From: Eledone cirrhosa
Lineage: Eukaryota
Length of the DNA stretch: 64,000 bases
Direction: 5' to 3'
Assembly: GCA_964016885.1 (NCBI GenBank)
Contig: OZ024742.1
Span: 337,528,001-337,592,000 of the forward strand
The notes under the pieces were generated by a model, which saw only the letters and a list, made by a program, of their open reading frames with translations, was not told the DNA's origin and made no database searches. The position numbers were made by a program, and so were the translations under genes. Positions 43,101 to 51,472 of the stretch are shown here, in pieces (position 1 is the stretch's first letter; each line of letters starts with the position of its first letter).

Positions 43101-46100
43101 ATCATAACTCATACACTGTTCACTTTCCTGACATTTGTACATTATTCTATGTACTGTACATGCACCTTTGATGAATTGTAGTGCACCTGAGCACTGTACA
43201 CAATAATTTTCATTATATAAAGCTAATCTGAGGATACTGAATATGTTCAACCCATGCAAGCATAGAAAATAAGGCATGAAAATTATGAACTCAGAATGCA
43301 CAAAACCAGAACAAATACTGGAAAGTATGACATCCAGTACTCTAATAATTCTGCCAACCCACAACCCTCGATTGATGGTTATTTATTGACCACAACAAGA
43401 TGAAAAGCAAAGATGACATCATCATCATCATCATCATTTTACATTAGTTTTTCCATGCTTGTATGGGTTGGACAGGTCTTTCTCAACATGGCATCTCTCC
43501 ACTTGTCGCATTCCTTCGTCATCTCCTGTGAGTCTCAGTGATTTCAGATCAGCTCTTACAACCTCTGCCCAGGTCTTTCTATGTCTACCTCTATTACGAC
43601 TTCTTTCCACTGGCATTTCCTGGCACTTCTTCACCCAACAATTAGTGTCCCTGGGAATTGAACACTGCAGAGAGCCAGAACAAATACTGCAATGCATTTA
43701 ATTTGATTCACTAATGACTTCTCATATACATCGAGGTGATCGGTAGATAATAAAACTGACCTACTTACTAGAGGAGTTAAACTGAGGGACTACAAGCAAA
43801 TGAAAGAACTCTCAATTTTATAGTTCTCCTACTGCTCACTACCCTATGGTATCTATTTACAGCCAAGTGGACTGGGTCTATTCAGAGCTAGGTGAACAGA
43901 GGTCATTTTACAGCTATGTAGACTGGGGCCATTTTAGTGTGGCATCTGTTCACAGCTAAAAGAATATGGTTCCCCAGCATGGCTGCAGTCGATTGATTGA
44001 AACCAATAAAACAATATAAAAGAATGTGGTGCCCCAACATGGCCACAGTCTAATGACTAAAACTAATAAAAGAATATAAAAGAATGTGGTGCCCCAGCAT
44101 GGCCACAGTCTAATGACTGCAACCAATAAAAGAATATAAAAAATATAAACAAAAGTAGAAATAAAGAACGATAATTTACCAGCGAAGGCATGTAGAGTAG
44201 TTCCACCAATATAGCAGGCAGCCACACCTGTACTTGCTGTGGCAAATGTATGTTCTGGTGGTAAGGCACCTACAACATAAATGATATTATTCAATAGCTT
44301 GGGTTTTGTTTTTATCATTGTGTCTAAAAAGGAGAGCAGATCAGTTGCAGATATTGATTCAGGAAGATAGGAGGGCAGAGTAAGCTTGGTACCTCGTTAA
44401 CTCTATCGTTACTGTAGTTAGAAAAAGCTATCTCACTTACCGCTTTTCACAGGCGCCGCTAAATTCCACTGCAGGTACTCCTCTTCCACGTGCGTCCGAC
44501 TGCTTAACACCGGAAGCTGCCCAAAACTCGCGTCCACACCGTATGCTGGTCACCACTAGAGAGAGGCCCTCTCCTGGCCCTTCCGGTCGAGCATCCTTCC
44601 GGTCAAAGACCCCTTCCGGTCGAGCACTCTCCCCCGCCTCTGGCCACCGCACGCCACACCATACCCACACGCCCCCCCCCCCTGATCTCAAGGATCAATT
44701 TCCCCCTCGTCCCTCTGCATATGAAAGTCTGCTGTCCAGGTCGGTGGTCTACGACTTCGTTGCGATCTTCGTAGTATTGGGGCAGGGCTCTGGGTTTCCA
44801 CCCCATCTTGGGTTTCCTCTTCCTCGGAGTCCGTCGACACAGTGATTCTTCTTACATCCAGGACATGACGTAGTACCCCGTCCACGGACACATTGTTCTT
44901 TGAATTTACGACCGTCACCGTACCCCTTCCCCATTGAGATGTGCAATGTGCATCTGGGGGCTTAACCCAGACTTCTTCGCCCACCTGCACGAATGCACTC
45001 TCTCTCCCCACTGGCCGTTGTGGTGGCGTGCACGGGTGCCGCCACTCGCATTTGAATACTGCTCTATGTGGCACCGATTCCTCGACCTGTCCAACCCGAG
45101 GGGACATATTGTACCAGAACACTGCCTCCATTGGTGAGATATGGCCCCGCTCCGCCATTGCCTTGATCGTCCGGTGGTGTCGCTCCACGATTCCATTCCC
45201 GCTCGGCCTGTGCACCGCTCTGAAGAAACGGTCCACCTTCCATCCATCGAGCGGAACGCTGCGCTGTTGTCCATCAGCAGTTCATCCACAGGGCCCCGCT
45301 CCAAGAACACCTCTCTCAACGTCCGCACGATTTCCTCGGCCGTTCCAGTCTTCATCTCCCTCCATATCGCCATTCAACCTGGTCCACAGTCGACCATCGA
45401 GAGGTACGTTCCCTGCCGGTAGTGCGTCACATCCACCGGGAGGCTTCCTGTTTCGTGTACACCCGGGGTGGGATCAATGGACTGACATCGGACGCAGCCT
45501 CTAACCACCCCCCGAACACTGTGTCTGCTAACGTCCGAGTCGATTCTCCTGGCTAGGAACAGGCTCCTATCCACCCCCATGTGGTGCATGTCATGCAACC
45601 CCTTCAGGTCTAACTCGGTCAGCCGACACACGGCAGCTATCTCATCCTCTACCTCCTCCGGCGCTTCCATCCAGGCTTTCTTCACTCTAGTTAAGATGTC
45701 CGCCCTATTTTTCTCTGAGGGCACGAACACTACGCTCAGCTTCAGGTCGAACTCGGTGGCCAGCTCTCCTAACGTTCCCAGGCGGCGCTTTATCGGCATC
45801 TCCGCCGCGCCTCTCGTTCGCACTCTCTTCTCACTGGTGAGCACTGATCTCACCCATCCGAGTACGGTAGCCGAGTCGGTGCGGATCTCGATGGTGCGCA
45901 GCCCCCACCGCAGGGCGAGGTTCACCCCTCTCAACACCGCGTCCAGCTCGACCACATTGATGTGGCTGCAGTCGTCCTTCTTTCTAAGCCAGGCTGCATC
46001 CTCGACCTCAACACCTCCTATCTCCAACGTGACACCCAGCGCTATGCTGCTGGCATCGCACCATACGGTCCCGCTCCGTGATTTGGGAACGTACCAGCGT

Positions 46101-49100
46101 CCCCGCACTGGGTCGTCGGCCTTCACCCTCCCCACGATCTCCTGCATCATGGCCACCGTTCTCTCTCCCACTCTGTCACTCCAAGTCACCCCTCCCGCTC
46201 GTCTCTTGACATAGCTGCATGCCGTCCGGAGCCACCCAGCGATCGGGTAGTGACCCACCAGCTTTCCACACACCGAGAAAAGCTCCCGCCTATTCATACT
46301 TGGGCCCAGTTCCGGAACTTCGTTTCCCCTCTGGAACACCAAAACGCCCGTCTTATCTCGCCGTAGCCTAAGTCCCAGCGCGGCTCCTCCCTCCAATGCT
46401 TCTGATGGCTTCGCAGTCAGTCCATACCTCCGCAAATGGCTCGTGACCTCCGCCGTCGACACCACCGACTCGTCCACTAGGATGTCGTCAATGTAGGAGT
46501 TAGTAGCCCTCTTTATCTTGTCGGCCCTCCCCAGAGCGGTCTTGAGGACCGCCGCCATGATCTTCGGTGCGGAGCTCAGCCTGAAACCGAGCCTGGTCAG
46601 GCAATATGTCCGGCCCTTATACCTGACCAGCTGATACCGCCAGAGCTTCTCATCTATATGCAACTGCAAGTAAGCCGACTTTAGATCCACGATCGCTGAA
46701 CCCCCCGTCATGCGTCTCCACTCACGCAGGGTTTCCCCACAGACATCCGTGACCTCGCCACCCGTGTGGCATGACACGTGCTCGTTCAGCTCTCGATAGT
46801 CCAGCACCGGCCTCACCTTGCTCTTCGTGGGTTGCACCACCGCCATCAACGGCAATACTCCGCACTTCACCTCCTCCTTCCAGGGAAGCAGTATGCCCTC
46901 TTCGATCCATCTCTCTACTTCTCGCCCCTAGCGTTTCCCTTCAATGTGTGTTGATAGCAGCCCACTTTGGTCTTCAGTGTTGGTGGTTCTCCCTTCCAGT
47001 ACCACTCAACAACCCATCGCTGCCCATCAAACACGGCCTTGAAGTCCTTGTCCTGTACAGTGTAAGCGGGGTATTGCTCCTCGTGGGCCTTCTGGTTCTC
47101 ATGACGTGCACTCACAGCGCATACCGATGCAGCGGCGCCAAACGACACACCGACATTGTTCACCGTGACGCCCCATCGCGTCCATGCCCATAACCACGCC
47201 GATCCCATCCACCACACTGTCTACCACGATGGCGGAAAGCCTTATCGTCCTTCCCCGTACCGCTATTTCCATCTCGCTGCGACCTCGGCATTCAATTTTC
47301 CTGCCGTCGACTGCCCTTATGCTGCTCTTCCCTCCCCACCTCTGCGCCACCCCCGCGGTCACCAGTGTCGTCGTACAGCCCGTATCCACGAGGGCTCGCT
47401 GTGGCTTCCCCCTCACGAAGACTTCCACCACGGGCAGCGCCGCTACTCGTAAGGGGAAACTACCGGCGCAGTAGTTCCCCTTGGATCGTTTCCCTGGTCG
47501 CAGTTAGTAGCGATGTGGCCTGGTCGCTTACACCGGTAGCAAATTATATCCGGCTTCGACTCTCTACAGTCTCTAGCCATATGCGGGCCGTGACACCTAA
47601 AACAGCGGCCCCTAAATTCTCGCGAACGGCCGCGTGCCGAGGTTGCCTCCCTTTGACCATTTCGCTGCCAGGTGTCCTGAGCCTCCGTAGTCGCTATCGC
47701 CGCAACACTCTTTTTGGCATCTTCCGCTATGATCCGGGCTTGTTCCACCAGTGAACGCATTTCCATCTCCTTGTACCCCGGGACTTGCTGCAGTTTCACC
47801 GCTATGTCGTCCGGAAATCCATTGATGAATGCCAACCGCACCGTGCGTTCGCATTCCACCTGGTAACCGGCCAACATAGCCAACCGCCTTATTTCCGCTG
47901 CGAAAATGTCGACACGCTCACCATTCCACCTGATTCTCGCCAGCTTAGCAAAAGCCGCCAACGGTCCCTCGGCGAATGCATCCATCAGACGCCTCTCAAT
48001 CTTCTGCACATCTCTTTGGCTGTGCTCGTCCAACTCAAGGAAGAGTACCAACGCGTCGCCCTCGAGGTACAATGCAATGAGACCGGCCACGTCTTCTATC
48101 TTCTGCAAGCCCGCGACCAGCCGAACCTTCCGCAGCCAAGCGACAACATCACCTTCCCCGGTGAATGGCCTGATAGCTTCGTTCATCCGTAGTCTTGTCG
48201 CCATCTTCTGATTTGTTTTGCGGCAAGTGTTTTCTTTTTTTTTTTTCAGTCGCCGAAATAGCTTGTAGTTAGAAAAAGCTATCTCACTTACCGCTTTTCA
48301 CAGGCCGCTAAATTCCACTGCAGGTACTCCTCTTCCACGTGCGTCCGACTGCTTAACACCGGGAGCTGCCCAAAACTCGCGTCCACACCGTATGCTGGTC
48401 ACCACTAGAGAGAGGCCCTCTCCTGGCCCTTCCGGTCAAAGACCCCTCCCGGTCGAGCCCCCCCATGGAAAATGGACATTAAATAATAATGATGATGATG
48501 TACTTGCTTGGACTACTGAATAAGTGAAAGGCATCTCAACCATTTATGTTAATTGGTAAGTGGTAGAATGAGCAGACAACCATATTATTTAATTACCACT
48601 TTCCTTGCTTGCAAGAGTTGGACAGGTATAACATCAAGACAAAGTCATTACTCAATCAGAGCCATCCTATAGTGTACCATGCATTTTATTATAGCACCAG
48701 CACTAGGGAGGTCGTCATGCCTTTAACATAGCTGAAGAGTTCTTTCTACCCTTTGTTTACATGAAACACTTTACATAGTGTACTAGGTGCATTTTATCAT
48801 GGCACCAGCACTAGAGAGGTTTTTATATTGTTGACACAACTGAAAGGTCCTCTCAGTTCTTCATTTGATATGATTTCTACAGCTGAATGCCCTTCCTACC
48901 ACTAACAACTTTACCAAGTGTAAAGGGTACGTTTATCATGGCACCAGTATTAGGGATATTTACTTGGTTGAAGAGGCTTTTTACGCTCATAGTAGTGAGG
49001 TGGGAGGGAGATCTCGTCCCAGAGCAGTTGTGTTTCATATGTGGGAATAGGAGGAGGGGGTTAAGATGGATAACATGTTATAGATGTATGAAAAGTGTGG

Positions 49101-51472
49101 TGGGATTTTATATGGTGTATAACTAGTATGTAAAATAACTTTTTTAAAAAGGTGTAGTCTTACCAATAATTCTACGGAGGAGAAAAGATTTACCAGTTCC
49201 AGCACTGCCAGTAAAAAAAACATTCTCTCCACTAATTACAATGTCTAGAACCTTTCTCTGTTCTTTGGTTAATTTAAAAGGCTGTAATATTCTGTTTTTG
49301 GAAAATAAAACATTTCTGCACTGCTTCTTCATATTTTCATTATCATTATCTGTTTCACAATGTTTCCTCTTTGATTTTGGTGTTGAATCCAAACATTTCT
49401 CATTGTCAACAGGGAGACCTTTAGCTAGTTTCAAATCTTTCAGGGTCAATGGACTGATTTCCTTAAAAAAAGTAAAAACAAAACCTTTGCTAGCAGGAAA
49501 AACATGTTAAATGATGATGGTCTTCCACAAAAACACCTTGCCTGGTCTTGTGCCTTGGAGGAGAGCTTTCTCAGTGAAAAACCCATGCATACCAGTCTCT
49601 CCTCTCCACACCACCGATGTTGTCCAAGGGAAAAGCAATGGCCAATACAGCTTGGTACCAGTGACATCTCAACTCATTTCTACAGGTGAGTGAACTGGAG
49701 CAATGTAAAATAAAGTGTCTTGCTTAAAGACACAATTTGCCACTCTGTCCGGGAATCAAACTCACAACCTACAATTGTGAACCCAACACTTTAACAACAC
49801 ACACACATTTCTATCTACAAAATTTTACTCACAAATGCTATAATAGAAGACACCAAGAAATACAAGGGTCGGCTGAAAAGTGATACTAGAGCTGTGTAAT
49901 CTTGCATGCATTAATTATATCTCTTCTTATTAATAACTGCATTGTTACTTTCCATGGACTTTGTTGAAAAATAAACCTCATTTGGTCATTCCATGAGAGT
50001 ATCTTGGTCAGCCTATGAACTTTTCAGCTGAGCCTCATATAGTATGGAAGGATTTAAAAAGCTATAGGCATTGATCTGTCTGTTCAGTATAAAGAATAGA
50101 AATAATACTAGAAAATCTAAGCAACAATGGCTCAATTCAACTCTAGTTATTAACAAACAGAAGCTGAAGTGCTGGTCTTAACCCTTTACTATTTACATTA
50201 TATTTACTATTGTATTTTCCCAGTAAACACTTTATCTCACATAATATCGAATCTATGAGATATTGATATTATTTATTATGAGAACAATACCTTAACATAA
50301 GTACATAAGTATGAACAGCTGGTTATGGCCAGTTTGAACAGAAAGAGGTGAGAGAACTCTGGTCAGATATGGACGGTTTCAAAGGTTTAACTGGAAGGCA
50401 GATTAAGTCTACCAATAAAGAATGACAAAATTTATGATGAATTGTACCCACTGCATGGCACCTTGGGAAAGTGTTCTCTCTGGGTTGACCAATATTCCTT
50501 CTGAGTGAAATTTGGTATACAGAAACTGTGTAGAAGCTGGTTATATATACATATACATATGTGTATATGTATGTGTGTGTGTCTGTTTCTATGATTATCG
50601 TTTGTCTATGACCCATAATTTAGCAACAACAATTTCCATATTATATATATATATCATCATCACAGTTTTACGGCCATTCTTCCACGCTAGCATGGGTTAG
50701 ACAAGATGTCCTGTTGTAGGCAATGCTAGGTCAGGTGACCATGTCTTGCTCATACAGAACTGATTCTGGGATTGGTTTCTACAGCTGGATGCCCTTCCTA
50801 GTGGCTGTTTAGTTTAGAAGCTCACTTCTAAAGCATGTGGTCCAGGGTTTGTTCCCACTGCATAGACGCACATGGGTAAGTGTCTTTCACTATAGCCCTG
50901 GGTTGACCACAGCCTTGTGAGTGAAATGTGGTAGGTTGGTGACTTTGTGGAAGCCTGTTGTGTGTTTGTCTACATCTACCTTTATAACATATATATATAA
51001 ATAAAACTAGGCATGATAGAGTGGGGCAATACTTACACTGGGTAAATATATATATATATATTTAAAACTTGTAAATTCTTACCTGAAAAGTTCTTTTAAG
51101 ACCAGTATGTATTTTTTCTCGATTGCTCATAAAGCCAATTTTTTTTTTACATTCTAGTTTAGTCATGAGTGTCTTGAGGAAGAGGACAAGTTTATCTGGG
51201 GGACAGTTAGAAAGCATCAACTGAAGATTTTGGTCTAATATCTTAATGGTAGCTTTACCATCTTTAAAAAACTTCTTGTGTACTTGGATATCTCGTAACA
51301 TATAGGTTAAATCTCGTTTGCCAGCAAACAGCTTCAGAATAATCTCACTATGTTCATCACGCCCCAGAGAAAGTACAGCATTTTTGTATTGTACACTTTT
51401 TTCAACATTGCCAAGAGATGTCATTTCTTGTACAGAAACCCAACAAGTCAATGTTTGACATTCTACAGCCAT
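28013..51472 (-). CDS. PIF1: ATP-dependent 5'-3' DNA helicase PIF1 (SF1B), coding exons 1-7; 3' exons not in window
   Basis: Exons 51083-51472, 49164-49461, 44180-44269, 42465-42618, 36252-36366, 31362-31468 and 28013-28152 join in frame at GT-AG sites (1294 nt). They encode the N-terminal PINT-like domain, Walker [27 protein letters not shown], Walker B IIDEISM, the PIF1 signature [37 protein letters not shown] and ATRLCTH. Confidence 0.95.
28256..28474. mobile_element. piggyBac-like MITE
   Basis: TTAA-CCCTTTAGCATTT ... AAATGCTAAAGGG-CTAA terminal inverted repeats; homologous copy at 50182-50386. Confidence 0.7.
28487..28642 (-). mobile_element. RTE LINE 3'-UTR fragment
   Basis: Reverse complement of the family 3' end (…CATCCAGCCGTAGAAAACC…GGAAGATAGACGTTAAACGATGATGATG). 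Confidence 0.8.
29677..29964. mobile_element. hAT (Charlie-like) MITE
   Basis: TIRs CAGGCATGGGCAACCT / AGGTTGCCCATGATTG flanked by a perfect 8-bp TSD TTTTAAAT (29669-29676, 29965-29972). Confidence 0.85.
31035..31235 (+). mobile_element. SINE fragment (Nin-domain-like, mollusc/cephalopod type)
   Basis: AGGCACAAG…TACTGGT…TTTATCGAC…AGGATGAAAGGCAAAG…GATTTGAACTCAGAACG; shorter copies at ~41785-41885 and ~55430-55505. Confidence 0.65.
31362..31468 (-). CDS. PIF1: PIF1 coding exon 6 ([35 protein letters not shown])
   Basis: Not in the ORF track; read by hand. tttttcAG acceptor, TT|GTAAGT donor, 107 nt; contains the conserved LTxxxRQxDxxF motif. Confidence 0.92.
31562..32555 (+). mobile_element. 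5'-truncated RTE-clade LINE (family A): RT C-terminus, 3' UTR and (TGA)n tail
   Basis: ORF 31727-32218 (…[16 protein letters not shown]…[11 protein letters not shown]…GRPRKT); (TGA)n tail followed by (TA)n. Confidence 0.9.
32572..34245 (+). mobile_element. RTE-clade LINE (family B): decayed RT with internal deletion, 3' UTR and (TGA)n tail
   Basis: [37 protein letters not shown], a Cys/His finger and RRLHWYGHV, interrupted by frameshifts and stops. Confidence 0.9.
34279..35812 (+). mobile_element. RTE-clade LINE (family A), internally deleted copy
   Basis: ORF 34641-35444 jumps from MKTGKAA directly to VVCRKENR (RT core deleted); similar to the reverse complement of the 37.4-39.8 kb copy; (TGA)n tail. 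Confidence 0.9.
36252..36366 (-). CDS. PIF1: PIF1 coding exon 5 ([38 protein letters not shown])
   Basis: Read by hand. ttccAG acceptor, CAG|GTTAG donor, 115 nt; second half of the PIF1 signature plus motif III. Confidence 0.95.
37438..41678 (-). mobile_element. Near full-length degenerate RTE-clade LINE (family A): APE endonuclease, RT and 5' region
   Basis: EN ORF 40203-40943 ([27 protein letters not shown]); RT ORF 38547-39155 (QFGF, DLEKAFD, HQGS, LLYADD); (TGA)n tail at 37438-37456; several frameshifts. 5' boundary approximate. Confidence 0.9.
41141..41678. repeat. Two direct copies of a ~200-bp unit (41141-41335, 41470-41678)
   Basis: AATGGGYAACT…AAAGGGTCCAACAGA…GATTAGATTCTAAGTTAAAC…CAGCAGTAAGGTTAGATA occurs twice, upstream of the RTE endonuclease ORF. 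Confidence 0.85.
42177..42223 (+). ncRNA. Minimal type I hammerhead ribozyme (Penelope-type) with mutated cleavage triplet
   Basis: TGCT-CTGATGA-TTCCAGAC(ATTT)GTCTGGAA-GAAAC-GATC-GCT-AGCA: intact core, 8-bp stem II, palindromic stem III, stem I TGCT/AGCA; GCT in place of GTC. Confidence 0.7.
42465..42618 (-). CDS. PIF1: PIF1 coding exon 4 (IGSANG...[23 protein letters not shown])
   Basis: cacAG acceptor, CG|GTGAG donor, 154 nt; Walker B DEISM. Confidence 0.95.
42740..43218 (+). mobile_element. CR1/L2-like LINE 3' fragment
   Basis: …[12 protein letters not shown]…[10 protein letters not shown] and 3' stem-loop GTGC-ACCTGA-GCAC with (ATT)n tail; copies at ~52793-53020 and ~58545-58587. Confidence 0.75.
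43418..43640 (-). mobile_element. Diverged RTE LINE 3' fragment
   Basis: CWVKKC…[16 protein letters not shown] followed by a (TGA)n tail. Confidence 0.7.
43956..44140 (+). repeat. Three tandem 60-bp units, probably derived from a SINE tail
   Basis: TAAAAGAATGTGGTGCCCCAGCATGGCCACAGTCTAATGACTRMAACCAATAAAAGAATA repeated three times. Confidence 0.85.
44180..44269 (-). CDS. PIF1: PIF1 coding exon 3 ([29 protein letters not shown])
   Basis: ttgtAG acceptor, G|GTAAA donor, 90 nt; motifs Ia/Ib. Confidence 0.95.
44413..44669 (-). repeat. 3' LTR
   Basis: TG…CA ends, adjacent polypurine tract at 44670-44683, direct repeat of the sequence from 48264. Confidence 0.92.
44688..47494 (-). pseudogene. pol: Retrotransposon pol (protease, RT, RNase H, integrase) with frameshifts and a premature stop
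   Basis: ALVDTGC (47099-47431); [33 protein letters not shown]…CVRC (45374-46870); TGA at 45374-45376; LLMDNS (44915-45373); GNGIVER (44688-45236). Confidence 0.88.
47437..47494 (-). promoter_or_regulatory. -1 programmed ribosomal frameshift signal (slippery site plus H-type pseudoknot)
   Basis: G GGA AAC in gag frame, 7-nt spacer, stem 1 GGGGAACTAC/GTAGTTTCCCC, loop GCGCCG pairing with downstream CGGCGC; the protease ORF is in the -1 frame. Confidence 0.8.
47443..48204 (-). CDS. gag: Retrotransposon Gag (253 aa) with two zinc knuckles
   Basis: Intact ORF with [13 protein letters not shown] and [14 protein letters not shown]. Confidence 0.85.
   Translation of the reverse strand: MATRLRMNEAIRPFTGEGDVVAWLRKVRLVAGLQKIEDVAGLIALYLEGDALVLFLELDEHSQRDVQKIERRLMDAFAEGPLAAFAKLARIRWNGERVDIFAAEIRRLAMLAGYQVECERTVRLAFINGFPDDIAVKLQQVPGYKEMEMRSLVEQARIIAEDAKKSVAAIATTEAQDTWQRNGQREATSARGRSREFRGRCFRCHGPHMARDCRESKPDIICYRCKRPGHIATNCDQGNDPRGTTAPVVSPYE
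48252..48263 (-). promoter_or_regulatory. Non-canonical primer-binding site AGCTATTTCGGC, complementary to tRNA-Phe nt 1-12
   Basis: Plus strand GCCGAAATAGCT equals the 5' end of metazoan tRNA-Phe(GAA) as recalled (GCCGAAATAGCTCAG…). It abuts the LTR end with no spacer, and there is no TGG at the junction. Confidence 0.7.
48264..48458 (-). repeat. 5' LTR, U3 end truncated
   Basis: Near-identical to 44413 onward until ~48458, where it joins an unrelated (TGA)n-type tail. Confidence 0.88.
49164..49461 (-). CDS. PIF1: PIF1 coding exon 2 (EISPLT...[19 protein letters not shown])
   Basis: T-rich tract plus AG acceptor, G|GTAAG donor, 298 nt; Walker A. Confidence 0.95.
49505..49800 (-). mobile_element. 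tRNA-derived SINE (diverged)
   Basis: Reverse complement resembles the 53031 SINE (GTTGTGAGTTTGATTCCC…AAGCAAGACACTTTATTTTACATTGCTCCAG). Confidence 0.65.
49863..50037. mobile_element. Tc1/mariner-like MITE
   Basis: Imperfect TIRs CAAGGGTCGGCTGAAAAG / CTTTTCAGCTGAGCCTCA with TA on both sides. Confidence 0.6.
50182..50386. mobile_element. piggyBac-like MITE (second copy)
   Basis: TTAA-CCCTTTA… homologous to 28256-28474 (TATCTCACATAATATC-AATCTATGAGA, CCAGTTTGAACAGAAA); ends AAAGGT-TTAA. Confidence 0.65.
51083..51472 (-). CDS. PIF1: PIF1 coding exon 1, N-terminal (PINT-like) domain
   Basis: ATG (AGGATGG) just after a tttttttaatttcAG acceptor at 51484-51485. Encodes LSLGRDE..., [10 protein letters not shown] and [18 protein letters not shown]; CAG|GTAAG donor. 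Confidence 0.88.

Larger units (their letters stand above)
44413..48458 (-). mobile_element. Compact LTR retrotransposon (gag-pro-RT-RNase H-integrase order), slightly decayed, in PIF1 intron 2
   Basis: 3' LTR 44413-44669 (TGTGGG…ACTACA, 257 bp) preceded by PPT AGGGGGGGGGGGCG; truncated 5' LTR 48264-~48458. Gag with two zinc knuckles, protease DTG, RT YIDD, RNase H CDAS/TDS/NRAD, integrase HHCC plus D-D-E. Confidence 0.93.

Noticed and set aside
44437-48211. Multiple plus-strand and alternative-frame ORFs in the LTR element
   Set aside because: Shadow ORFs of GC-rich gag/pol with no recognisable motifs.
48252-48263. tRNA-Phe gene or pseudogene used as an insertion target
   Set aside because: Only nt 1-12 are present, and they lie inside the element between the LTR and gag, not in flanking DNA.
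28013-51472. Helitron-encoded PIF1-like helicase
   Set aside because: It has the cellular PIF1 N-terminal domain and close animal PIF1 motifs, long introns, and no HUH Rep domain.
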